A DNA stretch of 61,589 bases, counting the filler, from Deltaproteobacteria bacterium (GTDB taxonomy: Bacteria > JAEEML01): assembly GCA_016283195.1 (NCBI GenBank). It is 7 parts of 7 records of this genome, joined end to end, with 100 filler letters (N's around TTAATTAATTAA, not from the genome) between each part and the next. Parts side by side here need not be neighbours in the genome. Positions count along the whole stretch, not along the records: positions 1 to 11,349 come from JAEEML010000007.1; 6 more parts are not named here. One strand, written 5' to 3'. This document shows, in pieces, positions 1-9,289 of this stretch (its first letter is position 1; every line of letters begins with the position of its first letter). The notes beneath the pieces are model-generated. The model searched no databases. It saw only the letters and a list, made by a program, of their open reading frames with translations, and was not told where the DNA came from. The position numbers and the translations under genes were made by a program.

Positions 1-1
1 C

Positions 2-217
2 ATCACCACCACCGTGGCCAAAACGGAGCGCGTCTCGGTCAATCCCAAAGCTTCTTATGACGATCCCGATGAAATAGAAGAAGATTTCGGCCACCAAATA
101 GAATTGCTTTTGGATGGCGGTCTTTTGCCCGGTCAACCAAGTTCCATCATCGACCTAACCATGGATCCGCCGGCTATTTTGCGCGAAGGGGCCGGCGATG
201 TTAGCTGGCTGCGCTGA
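2..217 (+). CDS. Sua5/YciO/YrdC-family protein, C-terminal part (5' truncated by window edge)
   Basis: LLLDGG...PSSIIDLT..PPAILREGAGD is the typical YrdC/YciO C-terminus; frame is open back to base 2. Confidence 0.8.
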   Translation: MTTTVAKTERVSVNPKASYDDPDEIEEDFGHQIELLLDGGLLPGQPSSIIDLTMDPPAILREGAGDVSWLR

Positions 218-258
218 GTTTCATTTAATAACTAACTAAAATAATTGGAGATTTTTTG

Positions 259-1518
259 ATGAACAAAGAATTATTTATGTCTGAAGTATGTGAGCACTTT
301 TTGCACTATGTCTCTTTTGATACCAAATCAGTAGAAGATATGGAAGCTTACCCCAGTAGCGAAGGGCAGTTGGTGCTTGGCAAAGAGCTCTTAAAAGAGC
401 TCACCAATCTGGGCCTTAAAAATACTTTTCAAGATGAGCACGGTTATATCTTTGGCACCATCCCGGCCAGCGCCGGCTGCGAAAAGGCCCCGGTAGTGGC
501 GCTTTTTGCCCACATGGATACTTCGCCGGAAAAGAGCGGCAAGGATATTAAGCCTATCATTCATAAAAATTATGACGGCGCACCCATAGTTCTCACCGGC
601 GGTGAAGCTCCGCTCACCATCGACCCGGCCAAAGATGCTAATTTAGCGGCCAAAAAGGGCGAAGATATCATCACCTCCGACGGCTCCACCTTGCTTGGCG
701 CCGATGACAAAGCCGGTGTGGCCGAAATTATGACTCTCGCGGCTTATCTAATGAAACACCCCGAAGTGCCCCACCCGGAAATCCGCGTTGTCTATACCTG
801 TGACGAAGAAGTGGGCCGCGGCGTTGATTTTCTCGATTTGAAAAAAGTAAATGCCCATGTGGGTTACACCTTAGACGGCGAAACTTTGGGCGAAATAGAG
901 GGCGAAACTTTTAGCGCCGATGTAGCCATTATCACCTGCCGCGGCTTTAACACCCACCCCGGCTACGGCAAAGGGCAGCTTATAAACAGCATTAAACTGG
1001 CCGCCGCCTTTTTGGAACTTTTGCCGCACGACAGCCTGGCCCCGGAGCTCACCGAAGGTCTGGAGGGCTTTTTGCACCCCTACGTTATCGAAGGCGGCAT
1101 CGACAGCACCACTATCAAAATACTTTTGCGCGATTTTGAGGAGAGCAAACTTTTGGAATACCGTGCTCTCTTAAATGATATAGCCGCCAAAGTACGCGCC
1201 CGCTTCCCCGGCGGCGAAGTGGAAGTAAATGTCAAAGAGCAATATCGCAATATGCGCGAAGGGCTAAAAAAAGAGCCTAGGGCCATGGCTCTGGCCAATA
1301 AGGCAGTGGAAATGGCCGGCCTCACTCCGGTCAATAAATCCATCCGCGGCGGCACCGACGGTTCGCGCCTCACCGCCATGGGCCTACCCACACCTAATGT
1401 CTTTGCCGGCGGCCACAACTTTCACTCGGCTAAAGAGTGGGTTTCCATTCAGGATATGGCTATGGCCGTAGTGGTCATGCTCAACATGATGGATCTCTGG
1501 GCAAAAGAGCAGCCATAA
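259..1518 (+). CDS. pepT: Peptidase T (tripeptide aminopeptidase, M20B)
   Basis: Motifs AHMDTS, LLGADDKAG, DEEVGRG, IRGGTDGSRL, HNFHS..EW; GGAG RBS upstream of ATG 259. Confidence 0.95.
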   Translation: MNKELFMSEVCEHFLHYVSFDTKSVEDMEAYPSSEGQLVLGKELLKELTNLGLKNTFQDEHGYIFGTIPASAGCEKAPVVALFAHMDTSPEKSGKDIKPIIHKNYDGAPIVLTGGEAPLTIDPAKDANLAAKKGEDIITSDGSTLLGADDKAGVAEIMTLAAYLMKHPEVPHPEIRVVYTCDEEVGRGVDFLDLKKVNAHVGYTLDGETLGEIEGETFSADVAIITCRGFNTHPGYGKGQLINSIKLAAAFLELLPHDSLAPELTEGLEGFLHPYVIEGGIDSTTIKILLRDFEESKLLEYRALLNDIAAKVRARFPGGEVEVNVKEQYRNMREGLKKEPRAMALANKAVEMAGLTPVNKSIRGGTDGSRLTAMGLPTPNVFAGGHNFHSAKEWVSIQDMAMAVVVMLNMMDLWAKEQP

Positions 1519-1540
1519 AGCAGATAGTGCTGTCGTTCAA

Positions 1541-1569
1541 TTGACTTGAAGTTGGGTTTTACATATACT
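1541..1569 (+). promoter_or_regulatory. Sigma70-type promoter
   Basis: TTGACT-N17-TATACT, about 30 nt upstream of ATG 1602. Confidence 0.7.
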
Positions 1570-1601
1570 CATAAGCGGACTTTTTGCTCAGGGAGACTGG
1601 C

Positions 1602-2153
1602 ATGAATTACCTGACAATTGCCTTATTAATCCTTTCGCCGGCGCTGGCGGCCGAAGAGCCGGCCACTGATAAAGATAATGCCGTTATTTCTCTGGCCGAC
1701 GATAATATGTCCGACAGTGAGCGCCTGAACTCAGCCAAAGAGCTGGTAGGAAATATGAATTCTTCACTTACCACCGTTATTGGCCATTTGCAGTCGGCAA
1801 GAGAAGAAAAAGATGCGATAAAGCTCAATTGCGTCAGCGAAAAGCTAACAAAAATCAAGGGTTTGCTTAAAATTTCCGAACAGGCCAATGTCGCTTTACA
1901 GGAAGCTATTGCCCGCAAAGATACCAACACTGCGGCTGCCGAATATTCCAAGATTTCCATTGCCGGCCAAAAATGCAATCAATTGGCCGCCGATAGTGAA
2001 GCTTGCATAGGCGAATTGGCCGTTTACGCCGGCGAGGGCGAAACAACTGTCAACAATAATAATGAGAGCCCCTATAATTCCGATGCTCTCGCCGCCGATA
2101 CACAATCAGTTATTGTGGTTACAAGGCCACCGGAGGCCAGTCCTTATCAATGA
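1602..2153 (+). CDS. Secreted helical hypothetical protein (myxobacterial-type)
   Basis: GGGAG RBS, signal peptide (..SPALAA), helical core KDAIKLNCVSEKL...SEACIGE. Confidence 0.7.
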   Translation: MNYLTIALLILSPALAAEEPATDKDNAVISLADDNMSDSERLNSAKELVGNMNSSLTTVIGHLQSAREEKDAIKLNCVSEKLTKIKGLLKISEQANVALQEAIARKDTNTAAAEYSKISIAGQKCNQLAADSEACIGELAVYAGEGETTVNNNNESPYNSDALAADTQSVIVVTRPPEASPYQ

Positions 2154-2238
2154 TTGGGGAGTTATAGAGAAGAATTAAAGCTATTATAGAGCGTGAGCCC
2201 ACCGCCAGGCCAGCGGTGAAAAGGTTTATTAATTGGTA

Positions 2239-3528
2239 ATGATTACGCGTTTTGCTAAATATATATGCGGCACACTTTTTCTGCTGCTTATTAGCTCAAC
2301 GGCCTTTGCCGCTATTGAAGATCGCGGTATTAGTGTCGGCGCCGGCAAGTTGCACCCTTATTACCAATTAGAGCCCCACTTCGCTACCAATCCCAGCCGC
2401 AAAGAGGTAGTAGCCGGCACTAGCGATATGGAAATTCTAAATCGTCTGGGCTTGGCCATTGATGCCGATGTGGAAAAAATCAAAGTAAATATGGATCTTT
2501 CCGGCGAGTACGATTGGTACCTCGGCTTGCAATCGGCTGCCACCAAGCGCTATTCCGATTGGGGCCTCAATTTAAATCTCGGTATGCACATTGCCCACAA
2601 GCGCAAATATTCCGTTAAAATAGACGAAATCTTTTCCAGAAGTGCCAATGCCTATGACCCGGCTATTTCCAGCGGCCTCAGTCTTTTAAACAACAATACC
2701 GGCCTGGCGCTTATCATGAAACCGGGCGGCGGAGCATTAGACCTTATTTTATCGTATAATTTCATGCTCTATTGGTATATGGCCGATGGCTATAGCCCCG
2801 AAGCTTTGCAAAATATGCGCCACAAAGTAACTTTTCAGAGCACTTGGCGCTTCTTCCCCAAAACTGCCTTAAACTTCACGGTTACAGCCACTCCTACCAT
2901 TTATTTGGGCAATGAAGCCGGAGCGCTTACCGAAGAAGGCAGTGCCGCTTATCCCTCTCTGAGCTCCTACAAAAATCCCAATGCCATGCCCATTACCGCA
3001 ACAATCGGGCTGGTTGGTCTCATGACTACTCATCTGGCTTTTAATGCCAGTGTCGGTTACGGCACTACTATTCTTTTGCAAAAGGAAATAGACAAAAAAG
3101 CCGATATATTGCATGCCGTCATCGGCAAATTGGAGCTCAAATACCTCATTAAGGATAAAGGCACCATCAAAGTCGGCTATGTGCGCGATGTGGGCCCCAC
3201 CAGCCTCTATCGGTTTTATGCCAAAAATATGTGGTACATCGGTTATGAGCAGTCAATACTTGATAAACGCTTAGTTTTGGACACCAAAGTATCTTACAGC
3301 ATGTTTAAATTTGGTGAAGAGCTGATCCCCAATAACAACTACAGCGGCCGCCGCCAGGATGGCGTTTTGGGCGGCGAGTTTTCCATAGCTTACAATTGCA
3401 AACGTATCTTTTCCATCGCCCTTATCGACCGCCTGGAATATCGCCACAGCAAATACATCACCTTCGCTGGCACCGGCGTCGGCTACATCACCAACAATCT
3501 GTTTTTAAGGCTGGAAGTAAGATATTAA
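2239..3528 (+). CDS. Outer-membrane beta-barrel protein (BBP2/Wzp-like porin)
   Basis: Signal peptide (..TAFA), N-terminal G-x-LHP..E..F..N, alternating beta-strand pattern, C-terminal LRLEVRY aromatic signature. Confidence 0.7.
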   Translation: MITRFAKYICGTLFLLLISSTAFAAIEDRGISVGAGKLHPYYQLEPHFATNPSRKEVVAGTSDMEILNRLGLAIDADVEKIKVNMDLSGEYDWYLGLQSAATKRYSDWGLNLNLGMHIAHKRKYSVKIDEIFSRSANAYDPAISSGLSLLNNNTGLALIMKPGGGALDLILSYNFMLYWYMADGYSPEALQNMRHKVTFQSTWRFFPKTALNFTVTATPTIYLGNEAGALTEEGSAAYPSLSSYKNPNAMPITATIGLVGLMTTHLAFNASVGYGTTILLQKEIDKKADILHAVIGKLELKYLIKDKGTIKVGYVRDVGPTSLYRFYAKNMWYIGYEQSILDKRLVLDTKVSYSMFKFGEELIPNNNYSGRRQDGVLGGEFSIAYNCKRIFSIALIDRLEYRHSKYITFAGTGVGYITNNLFLRLEVRY

Positions 3529-3579
3529 TAAAAAGCTGGGAAGCGGGGAAGCGGAATCACAATTTAATTGCTATAATTA

Positions 3580-4992
3580 CTATTCGCTCTTTTTGCCCAA
3601 GCCAAATTCATAGCCGATGCCAAAGAGGAATTGGTGTGCCGGCCCACTACCGGCGGCAATACTATCATCATTTATCAGGTAACTATACGCGGCCGATGCG
3701 GTAATACCGCGCCAAATATTTACTGTCCCTTCCAAAGAGGCCAAAAAGCTCCAAACTGCTTCACCATCGCCATAAACCGGTGCATAACGCTTGAGCATAA
3801 GAATAGTGCCCAGGCTAAAGCGGCTAAGGAAGGAACCCTGAACATGAAGGACGCCCTCCCCCTGACCGACAGCCGGCACTAAGAGCATGGTATACTGAGC
3901 GAAAAGATGGTTCGGCCAAGTAAAACGCGCTTTAAATTTTAAAGCGGCATGCCATTCGTCAGGCCAGGCATCAAGGGCAGCAAGATAAGTTAAATTCTCC
4001 TGCTGCCGCGGAATAAACATCGCCCGTTCCACGAAGTAAAAAGCGCCTACAGCTTGCGGATAATTTTCGCTGCCAAGAACAGAAATAGCCGCTTCAAAGC
4101 GTTTGGCTTCCTGAGACGCACGGTCTTCGTAGCCAATTTTAAGGCCGGCTCCGATAGCCGAACGCTTATAATTTAAGGTGTAGGCGGTAAAGGGAGTTAT
4201 AAAAACATTTTTAATAAAAAAGCTCTCTTCTATTTCCATGCCCAAACCGTAATTGGCAGTATCACCCATGACGGTGGGATCAATAAAAGCCGCCAAATTA
4301 ACGGCCAGAGATGAGAGATTGGGCCTTTCTTTAAAAACAGTGGCCAGCGGCCGCACAGCGCCGTAAATAGCTACCAAGGCCGGATTAAAGGGCTCGGCCA
4401 CCAAAATACCGAGCTCACCCAGTTTGCCTTGAAATTCGGCACGCAAAACAAGGCCGGCAGAATCGGGATTTAGCTGAGTATAAAGATTATCAATTAAGGT
4501 GCCTTGATAAATAGTGCGGCCACTTTCACGCCCCAAAAGCAGGAGCGCCGGCCCGGCTTCATTACCGATGCGCAAGGTGCCGATAATCCGCCCAAAATCA
4601 CCGGGATCATCCCAGTGAGATTTTAAAAGGCCCATGGCTTTATAAGTAGCTGTGGCCGGCGGGCGATCACCGATAAGACCAAAAAGCGGCATTTTGAGCG
4701 CTACTTGCCAAAGAGGGCGCTCGGCCAGAAAATAAAGGTCCAGCTCATAAGCCGGATCTTCACTGCGCATGCCAAAGAAGGTTCTGGCACCGAAAACCAG
4801 GCGACTCACACTAAGCTGCCGTTTTTCCCGCTCTTTTTTAGACTGCTCTTCTTTATCTTCCTGCTGAGTAGCTTTTTCTGCCTTAGCCTGCTCTGTTACC
4901 TCCCCGGCTTTTTTAGCTAAAGCCGGAAGTGGCACCGCCAGCTGGCAAACAAGTAGGCAGAAAAGTGCATTAAGCAGCAGAGGCTTTTTCAT
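3580..4992 (-). CDS. Exported hypothetical protein, probably outer-membrane beta-rich
   Basis: Signal peptide, charged linker, amphipathic beta pattern ending FLFGIGYEF. Confidence 0.6.
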   Translation of the reverse strand: MKKPLLLNALFCLLVCQLAVPLPALAKKAGEVTEQAKAEKATQQEDKEEQSKKEREKRQLSVSRLVFGARTFFGMRSEDPAYELDLYFLAERPLWQVALKMPLFGLIGDRPPATATYKAMGLLKSHWDDPGDFGRIIGTLRIGNEAGPALLLLGRESGRTIYQGTLIDNLYTQLNPDSAGLVLRAEFQGKLGELGILVAEPFNPALVAIYGAVRPLATVFKERPNLSSLAVNLAAFIDPTVMGDTANYGLGMEIEESFFIKNVFITPFTAYTLNYKRSAIGAGLKIGYEDRASQEAKRFEAAISVLGSENYPQAVGAFYFVERAMFIPRQQENLTYLAALDAWPDEWHAALKFKARFTWPNHLFAQYTMLLVPAVGQGEGVLHVQGSFLSRFSLGTILMLKRYAPVYGDGEAVWSFLASLEGTVNIWRGITASAAYSYLINDDSIAAGSGPAHQFLFGIGYEFGLGKKSE

Positions 4993-5912
4993 AGCGGTTT
5001 ACAATCGCTAATAGCCACATTTACAGCCAGGCCGCCAATGGAGACTTTAGCCCCGCCGCGGCCGTCGAGCTCCAACACCTTGCCTTCGCGGCCGGCAAAA
5101 AGACCGCCGGTGAGTTTAATTTTAGCGCCGCGGCTAAGGCCGTTTTGCTCTATTTTAGCCGCTTTGCGCACTTTAATAATTTGCACATCAACATTGATAT
5201 GGTCGTTGTCACGGCTCCAGGCGGCAAAACGATAAACCGGCAGAAGAGCCGCAAGGCGCCCGGCCAATAAAGATTTATAATCGCCAGCCTGTTTTATAAC
5301 TTCTTCCGCGCTGTCAAACCAACCAAGCTCCATAAGCACCGGTTCATCAAGCGCCTTCACCAAAGCAGCAGCCGCAGCGGCATCAACAGGCGCAGCCATG
5401 TCGGCGCCGTTTACTTTAAAGAAATAGCCCGCCGGCAGTTCTTTAAAACGGGCAAGTCCAATACTCTGATCCCAAGTCTTAGCCAGACGGGCAGCAAAAT
5501 TGGCTCTATCTATAGAGGCATCTTCATGCAAAGAGAGCTTTACGGAAACACCGGATTCAGCCACCTTAACCACTAAGGCCAAATGTTTGTAATAACTGGC
5601 AAAAGAAAAAATTTCTTCGGCATTTAATTTGGTCTTTTCCAAAAAGCGCTTCAGGCTTTGCTGATCGCGCTCATCGCGGATGGCGTAGGCCAATTGGCTA
5701 TCAACCTGCTTATTATTGGCAATGGAAGGATACTCATCGCTATAGGCCCAGGTAAGCGCAGAAGTAAGATCCGGGTTTTCGGCCAGGATAGCTTGCATCA
5801 GAGCTTTTAATTTGTCTTTTACCTTCATGCGCTCCAAGGTATAAACATTACTGCCCTGCTTCTTTTCTTCGTAAGCGGCAAAATCAGTTGCCAAAAAGCC
5901 TAAAAAATCCAC
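4989..5912 (-). CDS. Hypothetical protein with C-terminal KOW motif
   Basis: C-terminal RGAKIKLTGGLFAGREGKVLELD is a KOW motif; GTG start after GGAG; overlaps next gene by 4 nt. Confidence 0.7.
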   Translation of the reverse strand: MDFLGFLATDFAAYEEKKQGSNVYTLERMKVKDKLKALMQAILAENPDLTSALTWAYSDEYPSIANNKQVDSQLAYAIRDERDQQSLKRFLEKTKLNAEEIFSFASYYKHLALVVKVAESGVSVKLSLHEDASIDRANFAARLAKTWDQSIGLARFKELPAGYFFKVNGADMAAPVDAAAAAALVKALDEPVLMELGWFDSAEEVIKQAGDYKSLLAGRLAALLPVYRFAAWSRDNDHINVDVQIIKVRKAAKIEQNGLSRGAKIKLTGGLFAGREGKVLELDGRGGAKVSIGGLAVNVAISDCKPL

Positions 5913-6054
5913 GGTAACGGCTCCTAACGTAGTTACATCAAATCAATCCACCGGCTATAACCTGCCGGCAGAAAAACACAGTGGCGCAAGATAGCACAAA
6001 AATAGCTACCGGCCAAGTGGTGATTTAGATATTGTGAGGGCAAATTTAATATTC

Positions 6055-7413
6055 TCATTTTGGTGAGCATTGGCCATTTTTACAAACATATTCATCAAGG
6101 CAATCATAGACTGAAGAGAGACAAGTATCACCCAGATTGCCGCTGCCCACATCATTGCGCACACAAACCCAAAGATTATTCTCGCCAAGTTGCTGCTCGC
6201 AATCAAAATAGCCGTAAACATTGCTATCACCGGCAAAAGCCGTACAATCTTTCGCGCAAATACTTAAATCGGCGGCATAAAGGTGACAAATACCGCTCCG
6301 GCAGTCGGTATTGTAAAGGCAGGGATAACCATTAGGTAATTTGCTGGAATTCTTATACGGTGTACCGACAGGGCCGCAAATACCTTCTTCGTTACAAGTA
6401 CCGCTCTTGCAATCGCTGGAGATGTTGCAAGGATGGCCATCCTCTATAATGTGGTCAATATTATAGGTGCGCGGGCCGGTACAGGGTCTTTCGCCCGTCG
6501 GCATACAAAAGTTATCGATGCAATTTTCGCTTTTACAATGATAATCATCATAACAGGCCCCGCCGTCTTCTACATTCAGCTCAAGCGCCTGAGCCAGGCA
6601 AACAGCCGGATAAATGGGCGTTTCATCCATGCAAAATCCGCTTTTACATTCGTCATCTCTCTGGCATTCTTTGGTGCAATAACCAAGTATGCAATAAAGG
6701 CCCTTGGCACAATCAAAAACGGCATTATTACATGGGGCCCCCTCGCCGCTATGATTCTCCGGCAAACAGCTTCTACCGCTTAGCGACTGCGGATCATCCT
6801 GACAAGTATAAGGGCCGATATTTACAGTACTATCGTCACAGGCACTGGCGCAGATATTCAAATCACGCCCATGCCAGCAGTAGCCGCTCTGGCACTCTGC
6901 ATCAAACCAGCAGGGGTAGTTATCGCGGTTTTTAAGGGCTGTTTTAACCGTGTCCCCGCAATAGCGCGAAATGGTACCATTTTCTTCATCCCGGTAAGTT
7001 TTGCAAAAACCGCTCAGACAATCGTAATGAAAATTACAGGGCATACCGTCTTCAAGGCGAAACTCGGTGGGATAGTCCTCGAGCGCACCGACGCATTGCT
7101 CAACGGCAAAGCGGCACTCTACTGTGTCAAAATGGCAATTTTCATTGCAAGTCAGGCGGCCGGAAGCATAACCCTGCTCCAAAGTATAACAGTTCTTGCC
7201 ATTAAGATTTTCGCCGTCGCATTCTTCACCGTCGCGGAGGTCTATCCGGCCATTGCCGCATTTGGGAAATTTAGGATTAAGCGGATCTTCTTCCTCAAAA
7301 GACGGCGCTGTATAATCCGTTTTATTCTTAGGCTGACCGCTACTATTTTCACAAGCCGCAAGAAGCGGCAATATCGCTAAAAGCATACACCATATTATAT
7401 TATAAAATTTCAT
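6055..7413 (-). CDS. Cysteine-rich lipoprotein with Myxococcus-type Cys repeat
   Basis: GAGGAGG RBS, lipobox LLAAC, CGNG..D..EECDG.NL.G..C repeat, then many C-x5-C-x-SG-x-C modules. Confidence 0.8.
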   Translation of the reverse strand: MKFYNIIWCMLLAILPLLAACENSSGQPKNKTDYTAPSFEEEDPLNPKFPKCGNGRIDLRDGEECDGENLNGKNCYTLEQGYASGRLTCNENCHFDTVECRFAVEQCVGALEDYPTEFRLEDGMPCNFHYDCLSGFCKTYRDEENGTISRYCGDTVKTALKNRDNYPCWFDAECQSGYCWHGRDLNICASACDDSTVNIGPYTCQDDPQSLSGRSCLPENHSGEGAPCNNAVFDCAKGLYCILGYCTKECQRDDECKSGFCMDETPIYPAVCLAQALELNVEDGGACYDDYHCKSENCIDNFCMPTGERPCTGPRTYNIDHIIEDGHPCNISSDCKSGTCNEEGICGPVGTPYKNSSKLPNGYPCLYNTDCRSGICHLYAADLSICAKDCTAFAGDSNVYGYFDCEQQLGENNLWVCVRNDVGSGNLGDTCLSSVYDCLDEYVCKNGQCSPK

Positions 7414-7559
7414 AAGGAGTTCCTCCTCAGAAACAGCCATAAAAATGTAAGCCAAAAGCGGCTTTTTGGTCAATCTGCTAATTGCCAGGAATAAAAAGAT
7501 TTGCTAGGAGGTTTGGCTTACAGCGCCGTAATAAAGGCTATGGCGTTTCGGAGGTTTTA

Positions 7560-8783
7560 ATGAAAAAACGGGTATTCTTATTATTTATTGCTGCAGCAAC
7601 ATTTTTAATGCCGCAGTTTGCCTATGCTCAGGATGGAGCCACTGAGGCTGCAGCCCAGGAAAAGGCTATTGCAAACTCAGCCGCCCCGACGGCTGTGCGC
7701 CTGAATGACAACCATGAAAAACACCTTTTTTACTTTTTCTACCGCACCGGCTGCCCGCACTGCAAAGAGGCTCATCCTTATGTAAATGAATTAAAAGCCA
7801 AATATCCGGATATTACCTTTAAAGAGATAAATATCATGGATAGTGAGGAAAATCTGGAACTTTTGCGCAAAACGGCCCGCGAGCTCAAGCTGGAGAGCCT
7901 GGGCGTGCCGCTTTTTGTCATGGACGGCAAATCGGTGGTGGGCTTCCAAAAGGGGCAGCACGAAAAGCTCATCGAAGAGATGATTACCGAACACTTTTCC
8001 GATCCCAGCACCGACGCCTGTGAAGAGCGGGAGAAAAAGACCATTCAGGTGCCATTTTTGGGCCAGATTGATCCGCATCTGGTGTCGCTGCCCAGTTTTA
8101 CCTTTGTTATCGGCCTCTTGGATGGCATAAATCCCTGTGCCATGTGGGTGCTTATGTTCCTCTTAACCCTGCTTGTAAATGCCAAAAGCCGCCGCAAAGT
8201 GGTGCTCATCGGCTCTATTTTCGTCCTCTCTTCGGCAGTAGTCTATTTCCTCTTTATGACGGCCTGGCTCAATATTTTTACTTTTTTGGGCGTTTCGCCT
8301 TACGTCTCCATCGGCCTCGGTATTGTGGCTGTCACTATGGGCCTCATCAATGCCAAGGAGTTTTTCTTCTTTAAAAAGGGCGTAAGCCTCATGATTCCCG
8401 AGTCACAAAAGCCAAAACTTTTCAAGAAGATGCGCGCTATTATAAATAGCAAATCCGGCATTTTTTCCATCCTCGGAACTATAGCGCTCGCCTTTTTTGT
8501 CAATTTGATTGAGCTGGGCTGCACCGTGGGCCTGCCGGCTATTTACACCAAAGTATTAACTACTCAGCATATCGGCACCGCTACCAAGTATTTTTACATG
8601 ATGCTCTATAATCTCTATTATGTAATTCCGCTCGCTATTATCGTAGCCGGTTTTGCCTTTACCATGGGGCGCTTTAAACTGGAAGAAAAGCATGCCCGCT
8701 GGCTAAAATTGGTGAGCGGCACCCTTATGGTCACTTTGGGCCTCATCCTCATAATAAAGCCGGATCTTTTGGTTTTTGGCTAA
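7560..8783 (+). CDS. Thioredoxin/glutaredoxin domain fused to CcdA/DsbD-like transmembrane domain
   Basis: Signal peptide, CPHC motif, then about 6 TM helices with DGINPC and ELGCT cysteines. Confidence 0.85.
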   Translation: MKKRVFLLFIAAATFLMPQFAYAQDGATEAAAQEKAIANSAAPTAVRLNDNHEKHLFYFFYRTGCPHCKEAHPYVNELKAKYPDITFKEINIMDSEENLELLRKTARELKLESLGVPLFVMDGKSVVGFQKGQHEKLIEEMITEHFSDPSTDACEEREKKTIQVPFLGQIDPHLVSLPSFTFVIGLLDGINPCAMWVLMFLLTLLVNAKSRRKVVLIGSIFVLSSAVVYFLFMTAWLNIFTFLGVSPYVSIGLGIVAVTMGLINAKEFFFFKKGVSLMIPESQKPKLFKKMRAIINSKSGIFSILGTIALAFFVNLIELGCTVGLPAIYTKVLTTQHIGTATKYFYMMLYNLYYVIPLAIIVAGFAFTMGRFKLEEKHARWLKLVSGTLMVTLGLILIIKPDLLVFG

Positions 8784-8818
8784 TTTTCACCAGCTTAAGA
8801 GCAAAAGCTTTTTAAAGG

Positions 8819-8847
8819 TTGCAATCAAATAAAAAGTCTGCTATACG
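8819..8847 (+). promoter_or_regulatory. Sigma70-type promoter of rpsO-pnp
   Basis: TTGCAA-N17-TATACG with TG extended -10. Confidence 0.55.
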
Positions 8848-8907
8848 GCAAGCGCAATTGACGGTGCCCTCTGCCGGGGCATGCGCGACATCAAAAAGGA
8901 GTAAATA

Positions 8908-9177
8908 ATGGCGCAAACAATTGAGAAAAAAGCGGAAATTATCGAGAAATTCAAAAAGCACGATGGTGACACCGGTTCGCCGGAGGTACAAATTGCCCTC
9001 CTCACCGACCGCATCAAAACCTTGACCGACCATTTTAAAGTGCATCACAAAGATCACCACTCCAGACGTGGTCTTTTGAAACTGGTCAGCAAACGGCGCG
9101 GCCTTTTGGATTACCTCAAAAGAAAAGATTTAAACCGCTACCGCCAAATCTTGCAGGATCTTGGCCTCCGTAAATAA
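8908..9177 (+). CDS. rpsO: 30S ribosomal protein S15
   Basis: [13 protein letters not shown]...[22 protein letters not shown]; upstream of pnp. Confidence 0.99.
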   Translation: MAQTIEKKAEIIEKFKKHDGDTGSPEVQIALLTDRIKTLTDHFKVHHKDHHSRRGLLKLVSKRRGLLDYLKRKDLNRYRQILQDLGLRK

Positions 9178-9190
9178 TACGGCACCTAAT

Positions 9191-9240
9191 AAGGCTTCTA
9201 AACAGCGGAAAACTCTTCGGCTGTTTAGGGGCCTTTTTTA
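9191..9240 (+). terminator. Stem-loop/intrinsic terminator between rpsO and pnp
   Basis: AAGGCTTCTAAACAGC ... GCTGTTTAGGGGCCTT stem with G-U pairs, followed by a T run. Confidence 0.75.
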
Positions 9241-9289
9241 TATGGGCCGTGAGCATGGGGCTCATGGCAGTTAAGGAGATGGAAAAGAT

